Assembly: GCF_902713615.1 (NCBI RefSeq) | Contig: NC_052158.1 | Location: forward strand, 13,512,546 to 13,576,545 | DNA length: 64,000 nt | Origin: Scyliorhinus canicula | Taxonomy: Eukaryota | Direction of reading: 5' to 3' | Shown: positions 24,864 through 36,180 of the stretch, in pieces | Numbering within the stretch: position 1 is the stretch's first letter | How the letters are laid out: each line of letters begins with the position of its first letter | The notes under the pieces: model-generated | What the model saw: only the letters and a program-made list of their open reading frames with translations | What the model was told of the DNA's origin: nothing | The model's database searches: none | Made by a program: the position numbers and the translations under genes

Positions 24864-25199
24864 ACAGCTTCTGTTTGATACTCCCATTGTTCATTTTACT
24901 TTCTGTTAGTCACTGACTGAGTTTCTGTACCTCAATAATATATGCAAGCTAGATATAGTCCGCTATTGAAATATTGAAACTGACCTTAAGCTCCTAATTA
25001 TAAAATGTGAATTTTAACGATCTATCCCCTGATTTTCCTGGAAGAACTTATTTCCCAAATTCTTCACCTCCTCCCCATTCTTTTTCCAAGCCTCACTAGT
25101 TTTCTGAGCACAGTGATATGCTGCATTTATCAATAGACCCATTGCCATTTCAGCTCTTAACTTCGTCTCGTCCATCTGTCTCTGAACGAATGCTATTAT
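24864..25199 (-). pseudogene. Probable decayed third NKp30-like V exon
   Basis: Acceptor tctcttttgcacag, donor GTAATG, 336 bp; remnants GSIDKCSISL, WKKNGEEVKN, and ATA TAT TAT TG--AG GTA CAG (IYYCEVQ as in gene A with a 2-nt deletion); C-W 37 nt, W-C 154 nt (gene A 153). Stops and frameshifts present. Confidence 0.5.
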
Positions 25200-25213
25200 C
25201 TGTGCAAAAGAGA

Positions 25214-25561
25214 TAGAACATAGAACAGTACAGCACAGAACAGGCCCTTCGGCCCTCAATGTTGTGCCGAGCCATGATCACCCCACTCAAACCCACGTAT
25301 CCACCCTATACCCGTAACGCAACAACCCCCCCCCCCCCCCCCTTAACCTTACTTTTATTAGGACACTACGGGCAATTTAGCATGGCCAATCCACCTAACC
25401 CGCACATCTTTGGACTGTGGGAGGAAACCGGAGCACCCGGAGGAAACCCACGCAAACAGGGGAAGGACGTGCAGACTCCACACAGAGAGTGACCCAGCCG
25501 GGAATCGAACCTGGGACCCTGGAGCTGTGAAGCATTTATGCTAACCACCATGCTACCCTGC
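25214..25561 (-). mobile_element. HE1-type SINE with CR1-like (TTCTATG)n tail
   Basis: atagaacatagaacagtacagcacagaacagg tail, V-domain and tRNA-like head; near-identical 3' part at 52281-52487. Confidence 0.85.
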
Positions 25562-27019
25562 AAATGCTGCAAATAATTTCTGAGTAGTATTTGGAATCCT
25601 TTGCTAGTCACGTTTGCTAGCGTCTCTCGGTAGAGAAACTAAGCCGTTCCAACTAACACCTATGACGGTAGTATCAGAGACATTGGCGAAATTACAGTGA
25701 CCCCAATACCTCGAGGGCTGGCCTTTGCCCATTACAACGTTGGCCTGGCTGATTCACCAAGATCCATTTTTACAAACACCAATGTTGTCATTCTGTCTCA
25801 AACGTTTGGTGTCACCAATTTATAAGTTCTAGAGAGAGTGAAACAGAGTTAACGTTTCAAGACGACATGACAGTTCTTCAAGGTCATTACTCTGTTTCTC
25901 TCTCGGCAGGTGCTGCCAGACCTGCTAACGTGTTCCAGCATTTATTGTTTTTGCTTGCGATTTCCATTACCTGCAGTATATTTTTTTCATTTACAGAATT
26001 TGAGGAGCTATTTAAATTAAATTCCAATTTTGTGCATTTGTGGTTCTAACCATACAGGCAACAAGAGAAAGTTTGCTGAAATTACAGAGGACATTTTATG
26101 AAGCTGTAAATGAATACTTATGAAAGCAGAGGAGCGAATTTATAAATGCACCACGATTCTTGCTTTCCAGTTTAGCTTTTTAAGGAGGACGATTCATGTC
26201 TAGCCTTGCTCTTTGACTTTGTATTAGTCCATTCTAGGCAATATACTTACCCACTTATCTAAATACTGATGCTTAGATATAGATTTCCAAAAAATAAATT
26301 GTTGAATTACAAGTTTTTTTTAAATAAATTTAAGTGAGGAATATTAACAAGTTGCAATAACTCACTCATTTGCAGAACATTCAAGAAGGAAATACAGTCA
26401 AGGACATTTTAAAGGTAGAAATAGCAGAGAAATTCAATAGAATACAATTAGATAAAGATAAGACACTTCAAACACTCAACACCACTTCTGTCGTGTCCAA
26501 AGTAGGTAAGTCACTTTATCCGTTTGGAAACCATTGTCTTTTGTTATGTTAGCAATTGTGGACTGTCTGGGATGGGGTGCTGCCAGAGGAGCGGGAAGTT
26601 GTTTTTTTTAATACAGGCCTGTTCAAAACGGGATAAACATTACAATTAGAGATCAATTAGGTTTATTGACAGTAACATAAAAAATAAGAGTAGGCCATTC
26701 GGTCCATCTAGACTGTTGTGCCATTCAATAACATCATGGCTGATCTTCTTGCGAGTTTAATTTTCCAGCGCCCCATCATATTTGGTTTCCTCAAAAATTT
26801 GTCTAACTGAGCCTTGTATATATTCAACGATCTGGACAACGCTGCAGTGTGAGCAAGAACGTTTCAAAGACTAACAACTATCTGTGAGAAGGAGTCCATA
26901 TTGCCAACCCTCTTAAATGGGAGACCACGCATTTGAAATATGTGTACCCTCACGAGGGAAAACATCACCTTAGTGTGCATCTTGTCAATTCCATTCAGAA
27001 TCGTATAAGGTCACCTTTC

Positions 27020-27335
27020 ATTCATAGAATTTACAGTGCAGAAGGAGTCTGCACTTGGAAAGAACACCCTACTTAAACCCACACGTCCACCCCATCCCTG
27101 AAACCACGGGAACCACGCCTATCCTTTTTTGAACACTCAGGGCAATTTATCTTGGCCAATCCACTTAACCTGCACATCTTTGGACTGTGGGAGGAAACCA
27201 GAGCACCCGAAGAAAACCTACGCAGATACAGGGAAAAAGTGCACACTCCACACAGTGACCCAAGCCAGGAGTCGAAACTGAGACCCTGGAGCTGTGAAGC
27301 AACTGTGCTAACCTTTGTGCAACCGTGCTGCCCAT
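27020..27335 (-). mobile_element. HE1-type SINE
   Basis: tcatagaatttacagtgcagaagg 3' end plus V-domain on the reverse strand. Confidence 0.8.
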
Positions 27336-28279
27336 TCTTTCAAATTGAAATGAGTATAATTCGGTGAAGAAGACGTTTATGGAATCTGTCAGCCAGCATC
27401 AAATAATTCACAGACAATGTTCGGATCGATGAACATTCTAGAAACAGTGAGGCTCCGTGGTGGCGCAGTGGTTAGCACTGCTGCCTTATGGCGCCTAGAA
27501 CCGGGGTTTGATTCCAGCCCCGGGTCAGTGTCCATGTGAAGTTTGCACATTGTCGCCGTGCCTGCATGTGTCTCATCTCCACAACCCAAAGATGTGTAGG
27601 TTAGGTGAATTGGCCACGCTAAATTATGCCTTAATTGGGAAAGCTAAATAATATATTTTAAAATGTTCTAGACATAGTAGTTAATGTAGAAATATTCCAA
27701 TTGGTGGGAGGGCCGAGAATTACAGAACACGGTGAATTCTGAATTCAGTAAACCTAAATCTGAAATTAGAAGTCTAATGATGACCATGAAGCCATTCACA
27801 ATTGTAAGAACCCATTTGGTTCACTAATGTCCTTGAGGGACGGCGATCTGTCATCCTTACCTGGTCTGGCCTACATCTGACTCCAGACTCACAGCAATTT
27901 GGCTGACTCTTAAATGCTCTCAGAGATGGACAATAAACGCTGACCCAACCAGCGATGCCCACATCCCATGAACAAATAAAGAAAAGAAAAGAAAATAATG
28001 TGAATGGGAAAAGTGCAACAGGCAAGTTGGGAGTCTTGTGAAGGCAGTGGGAGGGGAAACAATACAGCGAAAAGAAGGGGTTTTGAAAGTAGTTTAATTT
28101 CTCTTGTAGACATGGGTCGAATGGCCCTCTTCTGTGCTGTACGCATTCACTGACTCTATAATGTAATGTCCATCAATAAATTAGGCGAACACCTATTTAT
28201 CAAAATTAGGTTTGACTAACGGATCAATTATTTGATGGAAAGCTAGAAAAAGTGATAAGGGTACCGTACTTGATGTTGT

Positions 28280-29090
28280 GTATGATGCCTCTTTAAAATT
28301 GATAAAGCAGCACACCAAAGATCAGGCAAGCATGCGTTGGAACGGTCGAATCGAGAGGTAACGTAGACAAGGTGGAGAGTTTCAACAGCAGATGAGATGA
28401 GACATGTGCGACGTCGAGCGATGTTATGCAGGTGGAAAAAGGTCGTTTTGTTGATGTTGCAAATGAAAGACCAAATGCTCATCTCTGGATTAATGGTGAC
28501 ACAAAGCTTCTGATCAGACTAACGCAACGTCAGACTTTAGCCAGACAGAGGGAAGGAGTCGGTAGGTTGGTAATAGAGATGGAGCAAGGACTTAAAACAA
28601 TGGATTCTTCGCAATATTTCATTTTAATATAATTATGCTCAGGCAGTCCTGGATGTCGACATAGCAGTCTGATAAATTAAAGGTTGCGGAGTCAATGGAA
28701 ATACTGTTGAGGTGGAGATGGCTGTCAATAACAACCATATAAAAATGAATGCTGTGCCTTCAGATGATGTTGGAAGCGAAAAAAATGATGAGGCTAAGAG
28801 TTGTTCCTGCGGAACGGCGGGGGAAGTATGAAAATAATTCGGCATGTAATTCGTAGGTTAAGCTCGGTTAGATACGAATTGAATTATATGAGACCAGCCC
28901 TACCACATTGAACGGCAGTGGAAAGTCATAGGAGAAGAATAGCGCGGCCAACCATGTGAAGGGCTGAGCAGGTCGAGGAGGGGCGGCTTACTTTTGTCAC
29001 AGTCACAAAGGATGTAATTTATGCAGTTCATACCAGGCACAAGGGTAGAAATCTGATTGGTGTGTTTCAAACATGGAATTCTGGGAAATA
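28280..29090 (-). mobile_element. L2-clade LINE remnant
   Basis: ORF 28243-28482 KTTFFHLHNIARRRTCLISSAVETLHLVYVTSRFDRSN matches the typical L2 AFFHLRNIARLR...ETLIHAFVTSRLDYCN segment. Confidence 0.7.
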
Positions 29091-30758
29091 TTAAGATGAA
29101 TTCAGAATTTTGTAAAGGGAAATTAGATTTGGGGCAATAGAATGCCTTCTTTCACCATTAATATATATATGCTTCTCCTGAGAACCAGCATTGCTGAGCT
29201 TGAAGATATAATTTAGACATATTTAATTGAAGACTCAGGGCATAATTAGGGTTTGATACAACAAACAAATTTCCAACAGCGAGTTCTGGTGCCTTTTCTC
29301 TAACTGGGTTAAGCATTATTTTTGCTCTTGCATTCTTTTCAAATTTGCTGCCATTTGCTGGGAAACAGTCAATAAAAGGGAACTGGAAAGTTGGGAGGAT
29401 GAGAATATATGTTCTTGCGGGTTGAGGAAAGGGGGTTAATAGAGGAACTGGAGAATTATAAAAGAACTATCACTTTTACGTAAACAGAATTGTGCAAGAT
29501 AGAAAGTATAAACAAGGGCACAAGATATGTTCTGTTAACATGATTAATGCAATAATGATACAAAAATGCTAGAAATGTACTGAAGAAATCTTGAATCATA
29601 AAGATTTAGGTCTCACGTAAATGCACATTTGTCAGCGAATAGACTTGTTTGATTTATCTCGCAACTGGGTTGTGTTGAGTCTCTCTTAGATACACTAAGA
29701 TACAATTGCAAGCACGGGGGCGGGGTTCAAGGGTAGTTGTTTGTGTTTGGAGGACAGGTGTGAAGCAGAGCATGGAGTCAGAGAGGTCGACAACACAGAA
29801 AAGGCCTTCGGCCCATCACACCTGCGCTGGTGAAAAACAACTGCCTCGGTATTCTAATCACATTTTCCAGTCTGTGACACACAGCCTTTCATGCTTCGGC
29901 ATGGCAAGTACACATCAAAATACTTCTTAAATGGTATGAAGGTCTTTGCCTCCACCATATTGACAGGCAGTGTGTTCCAGACTCCAACCACGCTCCGGGT
30001 GAAAAAGCTTTTCCACATATCCACATATCCTCACCAAACTTCTTACCCTTTTATCTAGTTGTTGATGACACCCATCTCAACCCCAACAGCATTTCCTTCG
30101 ACTCCGTAACGTTTGGTAATTTCAACAATTTATTGTGCAAGATAACTAAACGATAGACAGCTCTAATTTTAAATCTATGCCCCTTGGTCATTGATCCTTC
30201 TCCCAAGGGGAAACGTTTCTACCTGTCGACTCTATTTATGCCCCTCATAATTTTATATATCTCAATCATATCCCCACTCAGTTTTTTCTGCTCCAAAGAA
30301 AACAACCCAAATCTGTCCAATCTCTCTTCATAGTTAAAACTCTCCAGCCCAGGCAACACTCTGGGAAATCTCCTCTATGCCCTTTCCAGTGCTTTCAGAT
30401 CCCTATTATAATCCAGATTCCTGTAACATGCAACGCAAAGCCAGGCAACGTCTGGAAAGAGATATCCACTTATAATACCAGCTAACAAAGGAACCTGTCT
30501 GCTGGGATTGGGGTGAATTGAGTGATCAGCAAGTGAAGGATCGCGGGAACAGCAGGTGGCTCTGATTGGAATGACGAGCTCAGAGAGGGCAAGAGGGGAG
30601 ATACAGGAGAAATGGAAAGACGCCAGTTCGCGCCTATGGCAGGGAGGATTACGACAGGCAATTTGATCAGGTGACCCGTTGAAGGGCGGGATAAACAGTT
30701 TTTTTGACGAATACGTGCATGAAATCTTCACATTTTTTGTTGGAGGTGAGGCTTGAGA

Positions 30759-31040
30759 GGGGCTGGTTTAGCACACTGGGCTAAATCGCTGGATTTTAAA
30801 GCAGACCCAGGAAGGCCAGCAGCAACACAGGAAAGGCCTTCGGCCCATCACACATGCGCTGGTGAAAAACAACTGCCTCAGTATTCGAATCACATTTTCC
30901 AGTCTGCGACACACAGCTTTTCATGTTCAATTCCCGTACCAGATTCCCCGAACAGGCGCGGAATGTGGCGACTAGGGGCTTTTCACAGTAACTTCATTAG
31001 AAGCGTAGTTATGACAACAAGTGATTTAAATTTCATTTCA
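30759..31040 (+). mobile_element. Short tRNA-derived SINE carrying a 103-bp internal insertion
   Basis: gggctggtttagcacactgggctaaa head; body shared with copies at 32065-32222 (-), 44963-45128 (+), 52690-52800 (-). Confidence 0.8.
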
Positions 31041-31477
31041 TTTCAGTACAAGGGACAGGAGTTAAGAAGACGATTTGTAGTAGAGCAAAGACGTTTTGGC
31101 AGTTAGCCTTGCATTCCAGCATAATCCAGAATTAGTAAGTAGTTTTAGAAGAGGGCATCAATCTTTCATGTAGCCTAGCAAGTCCAGCAGTTGCCCATCA
31201 TATCCTATCTAGTCGCGTTCTTTAGACTTTAGGGAATGGGATGAGGGTCGCGCCAGGGGAAATGGCCGCGTTGCCAGGGTACTGACTTTATTGGGGAGTA
31301 GGTCATCAAAGGTAGAGGTGAGGGCACTGTTGAGTAAATCAGTGCCTGCAGCAAGGGTACTGGGGAACGAAGAACCAAAAGTTAAATAGTAGGTGTTCTC
31401 AAAGTGTAGCTATAAGTGAATTGACGTTCGTTTTTTAATTATTCAGTGGTCACTATTAAATGTACCCTGAACCCATT

Positions 31478-31870
31478 GACTCCATCTACACCTTCCGCTA
31501 CCTGTGGAAAGCGGGCAGCATTATGAAAGACCCCTCCCACCCTGCTTACTTACTCTTCCAACTTCTTGCATGGGGCAGGAGATACATAAGTCTGAGAACA
31601 CGCACGAGCATTCAAAAACAGCTTCTTCCCCACTGTTACCAGACTCCTAAACGACCCTCTTGTGTACTGACCTAATTAACACTACACCCCTGTAGACTTC
31701 ACCCGATGCCGGTGTTTATGTAGTTACATTGTGTACCTTGTGTTGCACTATTATGAATTTCTTTTATTTTTTTAAATTTTCGTGTACTTAATTATCTGTT
31801 TAGTTGCTCATAGAAAAATACTCTTCACTGTACCTCGGTACACGTGACAATAAACAAAATCCAATCCAAT
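31478..31870 (+). mobile_element. Rex1/Babar-type LINE 3' end
   Basis: KAGSIMKDPSHPAYLLFQLLAWGRRYISLRTRTS motif and tail cactgtacctcggtacacgtgacaataaacaaaatccaatccaat; the same 3' end occurs reversed at ~9525-9745. Confidence 0.75.
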
Positions 31871-33299
31871 ACAACCTCTTCTGTTCTAAGGGCAGGAATC
31901 GCGAATCATCCAATACTCAAATGGAGGAGAGGAGCTCTTCCCCCTTTAAAGTATCACAAGTAGACAAGTAGATTGGATTGAGATAAACGGTTTCAAGTGT
32001 TCTTGTCGTTTGGGTTTGAAAGTGCATCAAACCATTCAGCATTTGTGCATAGTGCATGTTGAAAATGAAATGAAAATCGCTTATTGTCACGAGTAGGCTT
32101 CAATGAAGTTATTGTGAAAAGTCCCTAGTCGCCACATGCCGGCGCCTGTTCGGGAATTGAACCGTGCTGCTGGCCTGCTTTAAAAGCCAGCGATTGAGCC
32201 CAGTGTGCTAAACCAGCCCCTGCACGTTTATTGCTGACGCTCGGATTTGACTATACCACTGAAAACCTAAGTCATCATACTAGTCAGGTTTATGTGCACG
32301 TTTGATCACATATGAAGGTCAATTCTTCACGCGCATTTCAACAATTTATTGCGCAAGATAACGAAATGATAGACCGCTCTAATTTTTAGCGTGGAAATAC
32401 CAGGTAAACGAAAGCTTGTGTGGGCGTCACTTGCTTGTAACCACAAGACATTATCTAAGCCTCATATCAAAGCAATGTTTCCATCAATTATTCAGGGGAA
32501 CAGCAATTTGCAAGACAGATTGAAACATATAATTTATTAGTATTGAATAAAAGTGTTACAATAGAAGATTGTTTCTGAGGCAGACCAAGTGCTTAGTGAC
32601 ATAACAGTAAAGCAGAAATCTCTTGATCGTGCACTCTCCAAGTTTGAACTGGCTCTAAATACACAACAATTATTTCATTCGAAGAAGCATTCTATTGTGG
32701 TTTCAATCATATGCTGAAGGCAGGGAGACAGTGGCGCACTGGCAATATCGAAAAACTAATAATCCAGAAGCGATTTGGTTCAAATCTCACCAGTTGGTGG
32801 AAATTGAATTCAATTAATAAAATTGGAATATAAAGCTAATGGCGAGCGTGAAAATGTAATTGATTCTTGGGTTATTTTTAAAACATGAAGGAAATGCGCC
32901 ATTCTACCTGACCTGGCCTGCACGTGACTACAAACCCACAGCAATGGCTCACTCTTAATTGCACTCTGAAATGGTCTAGCGAGCCACTCAGTTCAAGGGC
33001 AATTAAGGATAGATACCACATGGTGACCTTACCAGTGACACTCCCGCCATGAGAGAAAACAAAATGTATTTACTGTAATTAAATATTCCAATGAAGCTTC
33101 TGGGAGATACATCGAGCAAAAAATGTAACTCTAGACACTAATGGAGAATAATATTGAGCTCGGTGTAAAACTATCATTGTACCCAAACTGGTTCAGTTTC
33201 TGAGGGACGAGTTAAGTTAAAATTACCAGAATATTACTATTTTTATTGTTTTCGCCTTCAGTACATTTCACCTTTCTCAGCAGCTCTCCAAATTATTAG

Positions 33300-33494
33300 C
33301 ATCCTTTCTCAAATTATGAATTAATTATTTTTGGTTCCAAGATTCTGCTGGTCTGTATCTTCACAGGCCTTCTCATCTGCAAAACAGTTTGTTGGAGAGT
33401 TTCACACAGCAAAGAAAGAACAAACCAAATGAGTGGCCCGAGTCCTACTGAATGTCAATTGAGAAGGTGGGCACTAATTGGTAAAAATAAGTAG
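33300..33494 (+). CDS. Orphan TM/short-tail exon with intramembrane Lys (HPFSNYELIIFGSKILLVCIFTGLLICKTVCWR...), activating-receptor type; possibly pseudogenic
   Basis: Open frame with hydrophobic segment containing K (AAG 33339-33341). The strong phase-1 acceptor at 33261 runs into TAG at 33297-33299; only a phase-0 acceptor at 33299 avoids it. No upstream + strand V exon found. Confidence 0.4.
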   Translation, partial: HPFSNYELIIFGSKILLVCIFTGLLICKTVCWRVSHSKERTNQMSGPSPTECQLRRWALIGKNK

Positions 33495-33959
33495 TTTTAG
33501 TGATTAATGTCCAGAACAATGTTTTTTATGGAAAAAAGTGTGGGTACTCTCACTACAATATATCCCCCCTAATATTAGCGTCACTCTGGATGAATTCGTC
33601 GTATATATTCTTCTTATCCAAACTGTATTTGCTGCAGTGGTTTAGCATTCAAACAGTATTTCGTCTGTATGTGGTTAAGTTCAAATCATGAAATATTTCT
33701 TGATTGATTAAGCTCTGATAGTGATATTTCGAAATTAATGAAATGGTTTACATCGCTCAGGAGCCGAAAATGAATTAATTAATTGCACTCTCCACAAATC
33801 CAATATAACAAACTAATATATCACAAAAAGATGGTAAAACAAATACAATAATTTGTCACAAACTCATATTTTCTAAGGTTCACTTTGGTAAAAGATATAA
33901 TCTAAATGGTTCCTAAATTGACAAATCAGTTGAATTATTGCCCTAAGAGTAAATCTGGA

Positions 33960-35570
33960 GGAATTCAACAAAATGGAGAGAGCACAATTGGTAAGATTAC
34001 ATGTTAGCATTGAGGAGATCGCAGCAATCATCGAGATATCTTATATATCCGCATCACTGGGATGGCCTTTGCCTTCAAGCTAACGAAGATGCATCAGCCT
34101 TCAACAGAATAGATCCAAAGACACAGTGTAACTGAACAGCAATAGATTCAGTGTAGACATGATCTTCCCTCACACCTGCCCTGTCATCAGCTTCCAGAAA
34201 AGTGCAAAGTGTAGTGCAAACTATTATCACATGTTTTTCTGAATTTCACTAAAGCAGTTGATACCCTGAGTAGGACGAGTCTAAAATGGTACCAGTGGAA
34301 ATTGGGCGCCCTCCAATAGTTCGCAGTTGCATAGACTTTCCATGATACCAGGCGTCACACCATTCAGTTCAATCGCTCCCACAGTGACATCCTGGTGATC
34401 AATAATGGGCTCAAACAAGGTTCCATCTTACTTCTGACTCTGTTAGGTAGTTTTTTTTTATCAGTCCTATTGCCTCCGCACTCACGATAAGACTGGAAGC
34501 TCCTTAAATTATCAAAATTGAATACTAAAGCAAATGCGTCCTGAACAGGGGACATATGTACACCGCTGATGCTGCACTAGTTGCTCAGATTAAAGAAAAG
34601 ATCCAAATGCTCATGGAAATTCTTTCCCATGCCTGTGCCACCAGCAGAGCCACGAACACTGTAATTATAGTAAGACGTCTTGCAACGCCAGGTTAAGGTG
34701 AAACCCCAGGAAGGAGCAGTGCTCCCAAAGCTAGTGATTTGAAACACACCTGTTGGACTTTAACCTGGTGTTGTAAGACTTCTTACTGTGCTCACCCCAG
34801 TCCAACGCCGGCATCTCCACATCATCACCGTAATTATGGCATAGCTTATTGTGTCTCCACCCATGATTGGAGAAAATAACTCACCACTACGAACAGTAAG
34901 CAAATCATGTTACCTTGGATCTACGATGATGTACAACATATCCCCTAATGAGCCTCGCATTGTAGAGGCCGCCACCAACTTTAATCGATTAACAAAAAGT
35001 GCATGGATACACAACAAATTGACCACAGAACGAATGTGCTTACCGACAGGGCCAGTAACCTCTGCACATTGCTGTAAGGCAGGCAGACCTGGCGATGTAC
35101 ACCCTCCAAAAACAAAGACTCATATCCAACTGTATCTGGTGTTTACTGCGCATCCTTAGCACCATTATTAAAGATGAAGGAAATTAGTTGCATAACACAT
35201 CACTGACTTGGGCATTTGCGTTGGATGGAAAATGGCCACATCCCCAAGGATGTGATACATGGGGAGATATTCGGTGCTAAGTAATGAGAAGAGCGCCCAA
35301 AGCACGATGCAAGGAGATTGCCAAAAGATACACGAAAGCTTCAACATCAAATATTTCAAGTGGAAAACTCTAGCTAACGATGAGTACAAACAGCAGCAGC
35401 TGGCGGACCCCGACGGTATGTGGTTTCAGAAGTTCCACATGAGCCGCCAACACTGCAAACAAGTGGTTCTTAAAAATCATTCGGCACTCCTGGAAAGGGA
35501 TAACTTCACACGTAACACTTGTGGTAAATTTTGTCTTTCCAGAATTGCTGAGCCGGCAGAAGTGAGTCAG
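33960..35570 (+). mobile_element. RTE-clade LINE remnant
   Basis: SCYLGST..., AATNFNRLTKSAW..KLT, and C-terminal WKTLAND...FTRNTCGKFCLSRI matching an RTE ORF C-terminus. Confidence 0.75.
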
Positions 35571-35869
35571 ATGATCTCTTCTAAGTTCTCCAAATGTGTC
35601 TGTATTCCCAACATTTCTTACAGCAATAAGTCTACCAAGCACAGACCATATCTATGTTTACCAGAATGCTGAATCAGATTACCATGAACATTTATTAAGT
35701 GACTCTGCCCCAATCTTGAGAAACTCACTCCATGATTTCTAACACTTTGCTCCTTCTTTCCTTTGAAAGGCTATTTAAACAAAAACACTCCCAAATACAT
35801 CTCTAAGATGTTATTAGCTGTGAGGAGCACGCAGCCAAACCAGAAGGCACCTTGATATAGAATCTAATT

Positions 35870-36180
35870 CGTCGAGTGCAGAAGGAGGCCATTTGGCCCA
35901 TCGAGTCAGCATCGACCCTCTGAAAGAGCACCCTACCTAAGCCCACGCCTATCGCCGGGAGTCCACATAAATTAGACATGTTTGTATACTAAGGGGGAAT
36001 GTAGCATGGCCAATATACCTAATCTGCACTTCTTTAGACTGTGAGGGGAAATTGGAGCACCCGCAGAACACCCACGCAGACGCGAGGAGAAAGTGCAAAC
36101 TCCACACAGTCGCCCAAGGCCGTAATTGATCCCAGGACTGTAGCGCTTTGGGACTGCAGTGTTAACCACTGTGCCACCTG
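35870..36180 (-). mobile_element. HE1-type SINE
   Basis: Reverse-strand SINE head, V-domain and 3' end. Confidence 0.75.

Noticed and set aside
29279-29370. Hydrophobic phase-1 frame SSGAFSLTGLSIIFALAFFSNLLPF
   Set aside because: T-rich sequence yields such frames readily; no stop-transfer motif or linked exons.
32496-32720. Ig-like fragments (LLVLNKSVTIEDCF; TGSKYTTIISFEEAFYC) as the missing V for the orphan TM
   Set aside because: Cys-Cys distance is only ~42 codons, no Trp at the expected position, several stops; likely chance.
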